From contig NZ_WHNW01000015.1 in the NCBI RefSeq assembly GCF_009362845.1, forward strand, positions 8,785 to 24,784: a stretch of DNA of 16,000 nucleotides. Direction: 5' to 3'. The notes under the pieces are model-generated. The model worked only from the letters and a program-made list of their open reading frames with translations. It was not told the DNA's origin and searched no databases. Of this stretch, positions 6,952 through 13,996 are shown in pieces (position 1 is the stretch's first letter; every line of letters starts with the position of its first letter). The translations under genes and the position numbers were made by a program. The stretch comes from Ostreibacterium oceani (GTDB lineage Bacteria; Pseudomonadota; Gammaproteobacteria; Cardiobacteriales; Ostreibacteriaceae).

Positions 6952-7539
6952 CTATTCAATCGCGTTACATACTGTAATTACGCAACCAGCTAAAATCGCA
7001 CCACAGCCACCAAAACATATCGCAGCTGTCCATGGCGTCTTTGTCCATGGTGATGTGATGCAAAATACAGTACACAGTTTGAATGATGACCAACAAAACT
7101 TCCCTCTATTTTTTCCTTTTGGTGATCCGCCAGGTGGAGTGGGTTGTGTGCCAGGAGGTTCAATGGTTTCTATCCCACCTGGAATGCTAGGCTTTTTCTT
7201 TTTTAGCCCATCTTCGTCCACAAACACCAACGGGTTTTGGCGCGCATACCCATACGTATTAATGCCACCTGCTAATCCAATCGGGTCGGTTTGCAAGTAG
7301 CGACCTAGGTTAGGATTATAATCCCTGTGGTAGTTTTGGTAAAGGTTAATTTCTTCGTCATGTATCTGCCCTGCATCACGTTCGAATAACTTGACCGCTA
7401 ATTGTGTTTCTAGTGCGGCAATCCGCGAGGAAATCGCGGGCTGGGTGGTATAGAGCTTTTCTGCCGTTTTATGAAAGTTTTTCAAGGCGGCTAGCCAAAC
7501 AAACGCTTCTAATTGTTTTATAGTAAAATTCAATGACAT
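6952..7539 (-). CDS. Chimeric ORF: LysR-type HTH remnant (aa 1-56), then the Rhs core C-terminal end (aa 57-112), then an 83-aa Cys-rich hydrophobic C-terminal toxin-like domain
   Basis: aa 1-56 are IKQLEAFVWLAALKNFHKTAEKLYTTQPAISSRIAALETQLAVKLFERD, an LTTR winged HTH. aa 57-112 are GQIHDEEINLYQNYHRDYNPNLGRYLQTDPIGLAGGINTYGYARQNPLVFVDEDGL, the Rhs core tail. aa 113-195 are KKKKPSIPGG..FCWSSFKLCTVFCITSPW..AAICFGGCGAILAGCVITVCNAIE. The reading frame is intact, but it may be a non-functional fusion. Confidence 0.8.
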   Translation of the reverse strand: MSLNFTIKQLEAFVWLAALKNFHKTAEKLYTTQPAISSRIAALETQLAVKLFERDAGQIHDEEINLYQNYHRDYNPNLGRYLQTDPIGLAGGINTYGYARQNPLVFVDEDGLKKKKPSIPGGIETIEPPGTQPTPPGGSPKGKNRGKFCWSSFKLCTVFCITSPWTKTPWTAAICFGGCGAILAGCVITVCNAIE

Positions 7540-7609
7540 CGCAATACTATAGCATTTTTCATGAGCCAGACTGCGAAATTAACGTCCATATCGGTCCAAA
7601 AGCGCATCT

Positions 7610-7646
7610 GCGTTCGTCTTTTCTGACCGCGTTCGTCTTGTCTGAC
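7610..7646. repeat. Tandem 19-bp-period duplication (GCGTTCGTCTTtTCTGAC c GCGTTCGTCTTgTCTGAC)
   Basis: Two 18-nt copies with one mismatch sit at 7610-7627 and 7629-7646. They lie in the 159-bp spacer between the cytochrome b561 stop and the start of the LysR remnant. Confidence 0.8.
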
Positions 7647-7698
7647 TGCCTGTACCTGCCAGGTTATCCCATCGATTAGATAAAAAATACCAAACGAG

Positions 7699-8235
7699 TT
7701 AGCGATGAATCATGCGTTTGACCAGATGTGTCTTTGACCAAAACGATAAAAAAACAACCGCGACTACATGCGTGGCAATCAAATAAGGTAGTATCTCCGC
7801 CAAGGTCTTGTGCCAACCCATCAACGCATAGGCCCAATCATAATCATAGCCGTACTCATAACCCAGATAGCCTGTCGCAACCGTCAACAACAACACGACC
7901 CACAATAACCAAATCATCCAACCACCAAGCGGTGTATAACGTGAATGGATTTTTTCTCGGTTTTTAATGGCGCGAAAATCTTGCCAAATAATACGCGGAT
8001 TGATGGTCAATTTTGGCCCACCCAAAATACCAATCAGCACAATCCGTAGTAGCACGGCAAACCCGATAATAAAACCGACATTTTCGTGCAGCTTGCTCTC
8101 TGGCTGGCTGATCCACAAATTAACAACGACCCCGATAGCAACCAGCCAATGAATTAACTTCGCCAACAAAGGAAAATTGATATCATGAGCCGCTATATTT
8201 TGCTGGCGTGACGCCATTTTTTTAAATAAATTCAT
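7699..8235 (-). CDS. Membrane di-haem cytochrome b561 family protein (CybB/YceJ-like)
   Basis: It has four predicted TM helices, and the His pattern matches E. coli CybB: LIHWLV, LHENVGFIIGFAVLLRIV, and GWHKTLAEILPYLIATHVVAVV (compare WHETLANLGYFVIGLHAAAAL). The start is uncertain. I prefer the ATG at 8235 (MNLFKK..). The track start at 8274 is a TTG. Confidence 0.75.
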   Translation of the reverse strand: MNLFKKMASRQQNIAAHDINFPLLAKLIHWLVAIGVVVNLWISQPESKLHENVGFIIGFAVLLRIVLIGILGGPKLTINPRIIWQDFRAIKNREKIHSRYTPLGGWMIWLLWVVLLLTVATGYLGYEYGYDYDWAYALMGWHKTLAEILPYLIATHVVAVVFLSFWSKTHLVKRMIHR

Positions 8236-8303
8236 CGCACTCAGGTGCAGGCACAAAAGGACATAAAAGGGCAAAAACGAGGCATAACCGCCGTCTCAAA
8301 GGT

Positions 8304-8336
8304 GATGCTTAATCGATGCTTAATCGATACTTAATC
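8304..8336. repeat. Tandem repeat, 3 x 11 bp (GATGCTTAATC, GATGCTTAATC, GATaCTTAATC)
   Basis: Read directly from the sequence. The third copy contains the last codon and the TAA stop of the cytochrome b562 gene (8331-8336). Confidence 0.9.
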
Positions 8337-8759
8337 TACCGAAAAGTACTCATGCGAGTTGTCCTTCATATCACGGACTTTTTTAAAGATATCACCGCCG
8401 TCCACACGGTCACTCATACCGACTTCGACTTTGATTGCTTCAATATTATCAATGAATTTTTGCAACCCGTTTTCGTAGTCTGCTTGGCTTTTATCGCTTA
8501 GACCGTCACGTATGACATACGCCTCAAATCCTTTAGCATCTTCTGCGGCTGTTTGCATTTGCGTTAGCGCCGAAAGAATCTCATCCTTATCATCTGTTTT
8601 GCGGATGACACGTAGCGCTTTGCCCATTTGTTTCATTTGTTTTGCAATGTCTTCATTGACCTCATGATTTTCATGTGCCATCGCCACAGAACTTAGCATA
8701 AACAACAACATAAATAAGGTGGCGACAATTTGCTTCAAATAAGTCGTCATTAGTTGCAT
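8331..8759 (-). CDS. cybC: Periplasmic cytochrome b562 family protein
   Basis: The start is the ATG at 8759, preceded by GAGAGGAGAAAAAAA (a strong SD). The signal peptide is MQLMTTYLKQIVATLFMLLFMLSSVAMA. The mature part aligns by eye to E. coli cytochrome b562, including the N-terminal Met ligand region (AKQMKQMGKALRVIRK vs EDNMETLNDNLKVIEK) and the C-terminal His ligand (DMKDNSHEYF vs TTRNAYHKKY). The track extension to 8828 is rejected. Confidence 0.7.
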   Translation of the reverse strand: MQLMTTYLKQIVATLFMLLFMLSSVAMAHENHEVNEDIAKQMKQMGKALRVIRKTDDKDEILSALTQMQTAAEDAKGFEAYVIRDGLSDKSQADYENGLQKFIDNIEAIKVEVGMSDRVDGGDIFKKVRDMKDNSHEYFSVD

Positions 8760-8796
8760 TTTTTTCTCCTCTCTTTCATTTAAATGGACGCCACCC

Positions 8797-8802
8797 ATTA
8801 TA
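8797..8802 (-). promoter_or_regulatory. Putative -10 element (perfect TATAAT) for the cytochrome b562/b561 genes
   Basis: On the minus strand TATAAT lies ~38 nt upstream of the ATG at 8759. There is no good -35 hexamer, and the 11-bp repeat array lies just upstream of it. Confidence 0.3.
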
Positions 8803-8852
8803 AAAACTATCCACACTAAAGCCATCACAATTTAATTAATTATCGGCTCCGT

Positions 8853-8914
8853 CTATTGGGCAGCTATTGGGCAGCTATTGGGCAGCTATTGGGCAGCTAT
8901 TGGGCAGCTATTGG
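8853..8914. repeat. Perfect tandem repeat, 5 full copies plus 7 nt of an 11-bp unit (CTATTGGGCAG)
   Basis: Copies start at 8853, 8864, 8875, 8886 and 8897, with a partial copy at 8908-8914. The array is intergenic, 20 nt downstream of the sdaA stop and ~50-115 nt upstream of the putative b562 -10 element. Confidence 0.97.
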
Positions 8915-8934
8915 TCAATCAACTAACAGGCGAT

Positions 8935-10350
8935 TCAACAATCAATAAAATTAACAGGCACCTCAATCACATTAACGGCCAACCCGCCGCGCGCGGTTTC
9001 TTTGTACTTATCCATCATGTCTTTGCCCGTGTCTTTCATGGTTTTAATGACCTTATCCAGTGACACAAAATGCGTCCCGTCACCACGACGGGCAATGCGC
9101 GATGCGTTAATGGCCTTGACTGCACCCATGGCGTTGCGTTCAATGCAAGGCACTTGCACTAATCCACCGACGGGATCACAGGTCAATCCCAGATTATGCT
9201 CGATACCGATTTCTGCGGCATTGGTGCACTGTGATGGTGTGCCATGAAACGCCTCGGTTAGGCCAGCCGCCGCCATTGCACAGGCCGAACCAACCTCACC
9301 CTGACAACCGACTTCAGCCCCTGAAATTGAGGCGTTTTGTTTGATGATAATGCCAATAGCGGCTGCCGTTAACAAAAAATTATAAATCTCTTTTTGATTA
9401 AAGGTAACCGCAAAATCACGATAATAATGCAACGTTGCAGGAATAATTCCCGCCGCACCATTCGTCGGCGCCGTCACCACACGGCCACCTGCTGCGTTTT
9501 CTTCGTTAACCGCCAAGGCATATAAATTTACCCAATCCATTTCGTACAAAGCGATACGCTCACTGACATCGACCAATTCGTCTTTTTCTTTTTGCAATTG
9601 ACGATACAGTGCGGCAGCGCGACGTTTGACCTTCATGCCACCGGGTAAAATGCCGTCTTTTTGGCAACCACGTTTAACGCAGTCTTGCATCGCTTGCCAT
9701 ATGGCATCTAATTTTTCGTAAATAATGACCTCATCATGGTACGTTTTTTCATTCTCAAGCACGACTTCACAGATACGCTTGCCTGTTTTTTCGCACTGCG
9801 CCAGCAGCTCTTCGCCCGTATTAAAGGGGTAAGGCACATCGACATGCTGCGCCACAAACAAATCACTTTGTCGGCTGGCGTCATCGTCATTGATTACAAA
9901 TCCGCCACCTACCGAATAATAAATCCCATCGCACAAAACTTGCCCATCGCTGTCATAGGCGTGCAAACTCATGGCGTTGGGGTGATACGGCAGGAATTTC
10001 TTTTTATGCAAAATTAAGTCGTGCTCAATATCAAAATCAATGGCGTGCTGGGCGTTTAACAATAACTGTTTTTGGGTTCTAATCGCGTCAATTCTTGCCT
10101 CGACTAATTCTGTGTCGGTCGTTTCGGGCAGCTCACCCAAAAGCCCCAGCATGACAGCTTTGTCACTACCGTGCCCCTTTCCCGTTGCACCTAATGAGCC
10201 AAATAACTCGCATTTGATGCGAGCGGTTTTTTCAAGCGCTTGAGTTTGTTTTAGTTTGTCTAAAAATAGGTTAGTCGCTTTCATAGGACCGACCGTGTGA
10301 GAGCTAGATGGGCCTATCCCTATTTTGTACATTTCAAAAATACTAATCAT
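8935..10350 (-). CDS. sdaA: L-serine ammonia-lyase (L-serine dehydratase, single-chain Fe-S type)
   Basis: 471 aa. The N-terminus [25 protein letters not shown] is nearly identical to that of E. coli SdaA/SdaB. The sequence looks SdaA-like along its full length. Confidence 0.93.
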   Translation of the reverse strand: MISIFEMYKIGIGPSSSHTVGPMKATNLFLDKLKQTQALEKTARIKCELFGSLGATGKGHGSDKAVMLGLLGELPETTDTELVEARIDAIRTQKQLLLNAQHAIDFDIEHDLILHKKKFLPYHPNAMSLHAYDSDGQVLCDGIYYSVGGGFVINDDDASRQSDLFVAQHVDVPYPFNTGEELLAQCEKTGKRICEVVLENEKTYHDEVIIYEKLDAIWQAMQDCVKRGCQKDGILPGGMKVKRRAAALYRQLQKEKDELVDVSERIALYEMDWVNLYALAVNEENAAGGRVVTAPTNGAAGIIPATLHYYRDFAVTFNQKEIYNFLLTAAAIGIIIKQNASISGAEVGCQGEVGSACAMAAAGLTEAFHGTPSQCTNAAEIGIEHNLGLTCDPVGGLVQVPCIERNAMGAVKAINASRIARRGDGTHFVSLDKVIKTMKDTGKDMMDKYKETARGGLAVNVIEVPVNFIDC

Positions 10351-10480
10351 TATTTATGCCTTTTCATTGCCTGTTAACTGTTATAATCATGATAAAATCT
10401 CGCTAATCATAAAAAAACTATACCCTGAAAACAATACAAATCACACCACCTTAAATGAAATCGCAAAAAAGTGTCGAATT

Positions 10481-11002
10481 ATGATTGAAAAATACGTCAA
10501 TAAACAACCAACGCTAGCGCCACAGAGCTGGGTTCATCAAAGCGCCGTCGTCATCGGTGACGTCACCTTGGGCGAGTCAGTTTCTGTCTGGCCCAACGCT
10601 GTTATTCGCGGCGATGTGAATGCAATCACCATTGGCAAACACTCCAATGTGCAAGACGGTGCTGTCATTCATGCCACGCACGTCAGTGACTTTAACTCCG
10701 AGGGCTACCCAACTCGCGTTGGCGATGCGGTGACCATTGGCCATAATGCGATTTTGCATGGCTGCACGATTGGCAATCACGTCCTTATCGGTATGGGCGC
10801 GACCATATTGGACGGCAGCGTTATTCCTGATCAAGTTATCATCGGCGCCATGGCACTGGTGCCGATGCACAAAACCCTAGAAAGCGGTTACCTTTATCTC
10901 GGCTCACCCGCCAAAGCCGTTAGAAAATTGACTGAAAAAGAAAAAACCTTTCTCCGCTACTCGGCAAAACACTACATTAAGCTAAAAAATAATTATCAGT
11001 AA
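10481..11002 (+). CDS. yrdA: Gamma-carbonic-anhydrase-fold, left-handed beta-helix (hexapeptide repeat) protein, YrdA-like
   Basis: From the ATG at 10481 (MIEKYVNKQPTLAPQSWVHQSAVVIGDVTLGESVSVWPNAVIRGDV..GYLYLGSPAKAVRKLTEKEK..LRYSA) it is collinear with E. coli YrdA, at 173 aa. The 52-aa N-terminal extension in the track overlaps the sdaA start and has no homology. Confidence 0.85.
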   Translation: MIEKYVNKQPTLAPQSWVHQSAVVIGDVTLGESVSVWPNAVIRGDVNAITIGKHSNVQDGAVIHATHVSDFNSEGYPTRVGDAVTIGHNAILHGCTIGNHVLIGMGATILDGSVIPDQVIIGAMALVPMHKTLESGYLYLGSPAKAVRKLTEKEKTFLRYSAKHYIKLKNNYQ

Positions 11003-11096
11003 CGTATCTGCAGTACGTCCACCACGCACCCTCAATGACTCAGTAGCAGAGCAAGGGCACATATGCCTTTTGGGTATACTTTATGGCGTTTTGCTT

Positions 11097-11124
11097 TTGC
11101 AATGCCAGCGCGTTGCTTTATACT
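11097..11124 (+). promoter_or_regulatory. Putative sigma70 promoter of the cysB-like gene
   Basis: TTGCAA (11097-11102), a 16-nt spacer, then TATACT (11119-11124), 36 nt upstream of the ATG. This is a consensus match by eye only. Confidence 0.3.
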
Positions 11125-11159
11125 AAAACTAACGTGGGCTATCAAACACACAGAATACG

Positions 11160-12131
11160 ATGACAATCAAACAACTGCGCTATATTGTCGCAGTCACTGA
11201 AAACCAATTCAACATCTCTTATACCGCTGAGAAACTCTTTACTTCTCAGCCCGGTATTAGCAAACAAATCAAGCTGTTTGAAGAGAGCTTAGGGTGTAAA
11301 ATATTCACCCGAAATGGTAAAGCCTTAGTCGGTCTAACGCCACTAGGCAATGATATTGTTGAACAAGCAAGAATCATCCTAGCCGAAATCGACAACCTCG
11401 TTGTCATCACAAAAGCCAACCACAGCGAAAAAAACACCACGCTCACCATCGCCACCACGCAAACCCAATCGGGTTATGTCCTGCCAGGGGTGCTCAAGCA
11501 ATTTCATCAGCAATACCCCAACATCAAGTTAATTATCGAAAATGGCACAATGGACCAGTTAATTGAGATCGCCAAGCACCGTCGTGCTGATTGTATTATC
11601 CTATCAGGAACCAACGATACCTTAAAGCGAGAATGGCTGCCCAACATGTTGGTCATTCCTTGTTTTCAGTGGAGCTTTAGCGCAATTTGCCCGCCAAACC
11701 ACCCGCTCGCCAAAATGACCACGCCTACCATTGACTATATTGCCGCCAATCCTATCATCACCTATGTGGCGTCGGCTTTACGCACGAGTACGCTAGATAC
11801 CTTCCCTAACATTATCGCCACATCAAACGACCCACAAGTCATCAAGCAATACGTCAGAAATGGCATGGGTGTCGGTATTATTGCCAGCATGGCTTACGAC
11901 AAACGTATCGACAGTGAGTTAGTTGAAATTCCATTGCAAGGCATCTTGCCCAAATGCACGACGATGATTGCCGTTGAACGCGCCAATATACTTCGACCGC
12001 ATGTACACCGATTTATTAAGCTATTTGCACCGCACATCACCAGCGAAGACTTCGAAAGCGCCAATCACCAACAAGACATTGATCCAGTCGAGTCCCCCTT
12101 ACCCGATCAAAGTAGTCATTGGTTTATTTGA
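11160..12131 (+). CDS. cysB: LysR-family transcriptional regulator, CysB/Cbl-like
   Basis: 323 aa. The N-terminus [54 protein letters not shown] parallels E. coli CysB ([54 protein letters not shown]), and the length matches. Calling it an orthologue rather than a paralogue is an inference. Confidence 0.75.
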   Translation: [323 protein letters not shown]

Positions 12132-12253
12132 CACATCAACTACTCGCGTCACTTGTGGCACACTGGCGTTAAATTTGGCGTTACTAATTCGCACCAAACC
12201 ACGCGTTAAATGACGCCTCAAACTAGGCTTCAACGAGGCTTACCCCCTGTGAC

Positions 12254-13036
12254 TTAGCCGCGCACTCCACTGGAGTGCTTCATCAAGTGTACCGCAACGA
12301 TAAACATCACAACCGACAAGACCAAAAGCACCCCAATCGTTGTATAAAATGAAACGTCCGAAAAGCCCAGCATCGCATAGCGAAAGCCATTAATCACATA
12401 CAGCAACGGGTTAAACTTGGCGACGGTTTGCCATGACTCGCTTAGCATAGACACCGAATAAAAAATACCACCCAAGTAAGTCAGCGGCCCCAATACAAAC
12501 GTTGGAATAATCGACACATCATCAAACGATTTCGCATAAAGTCCATTCAGAAACCCAGCAAATGAAAATACAATCGCCGTCAATACCGCCACCAAAATCG
12601 TCAGCACCCCATGTACCACCGAGATATGCGTAAAGAACAACGCAACGACTGCGACAATCAACCCCACAACCAAACCACGCAACACACCGCCTGTCACATA
12701 ACCGAGCACAATCAGGCTGTCAGGCATAGGTGAGACCAATTGTTCCTCAATATTATTGTGAAACTTTGTGCCAAAAAATGACGACGACACATTGGCATAC
12801 GCATTCATAATGACCGCCATCATGATTAACCCAGGCGCAATGTACTCAATATAACTCACGCCATCCACTTGCCCAACGCGATCACCAATCAATTTTCCAA
12901 AAATCAAAAAATAAAGACTGGTCGTAATCACCGGTGGAATCAACGTCTGCCCCCAAATTCGAATAAATCGTCGAATTTCTCGGCGTGTCAAGGTCGCATA
13001 GGCAACCCAGTTGGTTTGCATTCGACGTTTATTCAT
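12254..13036 (-). CDS. yadH: ABC-2 type transporter permease (YadH-like)
   Basis: 260 aa with 6 TM segments, and collinear with E. coli YadH (..IRIWGQTLIPPVITTSLYFLIFG.., ..PTFVLGPLTYLGGIFYS..). Its ATG overlaps the upstream ATPase stop (ATGA at 13033-13036). Confidence 0.85.
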   Translation of the reverse strand: MNKRRMQTNWVAYATLTRREIRRFIRIWGQTLIPPVITTSLYFLIFGKLIGDRVGQVDGVSYIEYIAPGLIMMAVIMNAYANVSSSFFGTKFHNNIEEQLVSPMPDSLIVLGYVTGGVLRGLVVGLIVAVVALFFTHISVVHGVLTILVAVLTAIVFSFAGFLNGLYAKSFDDVSIIPTFVLGPLTYLGGIFYSVSMLSESWQTVAKFNPLLYVINGFRYAMLGFSDVSFYTTIGVLLVLSVVMFIVAVHLMKHSSGVRG

Positions 13037-13956
13037 GGCTTGCCTCCGCCAACTAAGCGCAAAAACAACTCCTCTAAACGGTTTGTTTTATTACGCATAT
13101 TCTTAACATTGATATTTGCGTGGTGCAGTTGGCTAAATAAATCGGTAAGCCCTTGTTGCCGCGTCAGCTCGACTTCCAGTGTCGTTTCATCGCGCACCAG
13201 ATAACGATAATTAGCAAGCTCAAGCGTTGTTGGCAATGGGTTTTCCACCGTTAGCACTACACTTTCACTGTCCAACTGGCTAAGTAAAGACTTCATATTC
13301 GTTTGTGTAATAACTTGACCCGCATCAATAATCGCGACGTTTTTACACAGCTGCTCGGCTTCTTCTAAATAATGCGTGGTTAGAATAATCGTCACTCCTT
13401 TTTTTTCATTAATTTCGCTAATAAAATCCCACATAGCGCGGCGAATTTTCAAGTCAACACCCGCGGTTGGTTCGTCCAAAATCAGCAGCTTGGGCTCATG
13501 CACCATTGCTCGTGCAATCATTAATCGTCGTTTCATGCCGCCTGACAACTGTTTCGCAGGACTGTGACGCCTGTCCCATAAACTCAAGCGATTGAGGTAA
13601 TATTCAATTTTATCGCGGGCTTGGCGTCTCGTTAAACCATAAAACCCTGCTTGATTATAGAGAATGTCTTCGACTTTCTCAAAAATATTAAAATTAAACT
13701 CCTGTGGTACGACACCAATACACTGCTGCGCATCGGGCAGCGCTGTATCAATATCATGCCCAAAAACGCTGACTTGCCCTGCTGTTTTATTAATCAGTGA
13801 GGTAATAATGCCAATCGTGGTTGATTTGCCCGCGCCATTTGGCCCCAACAAAGCAAAAAAATCGCCCTGCTCAACGCGCAAATCAATACCTTTTAACGCC
13901 ACAAAGCCATTGGCATAGGTTTTGTGTAGCCCCTTAACGTGTAACGCGTCTGTCAT
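13033..13956 (-). CDS. yadG: ABC transporter ATP-binding protein (YadG-like)
   Basis: 307 aa. It has Walker A (GPNGAGKSTT), the signature motif (LSGGMKRRL) and Walker B (LLILDEPTAGVD). It is collinear with E. coli YadG through the C-terminal MRNKTNRLEELF motif. Confidence 0.88.
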   Translation of the reverse strand: MTDALHVKGLHKTYANGFVALKGIDLRVEQGDFFALLGPNGAGKSTTIGIITSLINKTAGQVSVFGHDIDTALPDAQQCIGVVPQEFNFNIFEKVEDILYNQAGFYGLTRRQARDKIEYYLNRLSLWDRRHSPAKQLSGGMKRRLMIARAMVHEPKLLILDEPTAGVDLKIRRAMWDFISEINEKKGVTIILTTHYLEEAEQLCKNVAIIDAGQVITQTNMKSLLSQLDSESVVLTVENPLPTTLELANYRYLVRDETTLEVELTRQQGLTDLFSQLHHANINVKNMRNKTNRLEELFLRLVGGGKP

Positions 13957-13996
13957 ATATCACTCGATGTTTGATAACCTTGAAATAAATTAACGT

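Noticed and set aside
6926-7300. A 124-aa plus-strand ORF (Pro/Gly-rich) and a 103-aa plus-strand ORF at 6096..6407, both inside the island
   Set aside because: Both are antisense shadows of the Rhs-tip and YD-repeat frames. They have no start context or motif, and they cross the boundaries of minus-strand genes.
8760-8828. An upstream extension of the cytochrome b562 ORF (MMALVWIVFIMGGVHLNEREEKK)
   Set aside because: The internal ATG at 8759 has a strong AGGAG Shine-Dalgarno sequence and begins a canonical signal peptide. The extension would bury that signal peptide and would cover the TATAAT element.
8853-8914. Possible CRISPR array or plasmid-type iterons
   Set aside because: The units are contiguous with no spacers and are only 11 bp long. 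CRISPR repeats are ~24-48 bp with unique spacers, and iterons are usually 17-22 bp near a rep gene. There are no cas or rep genes in the window.
10325-10480. A 52-aa N-terminal extension of the yrdA-like ORF, overlapping the sdaA start
   Set aside because: It is AT-rich, Ile/Asn-rich, non-homologous sequence. YrdA collinearity starts at the ATG at 10481, and this region is better read as the divergent sdaA/yrdA promoter spacer.
12132-12253. GCGTTAAAT direct repeats and GGCGT/ACGCC arms between the convergent cysB-like and yadH genes
   Set aside because: The arms are 5 bp with a ~30-nt loop, so this is not a credible hairpin. The repeats are short enough to occur by chance.
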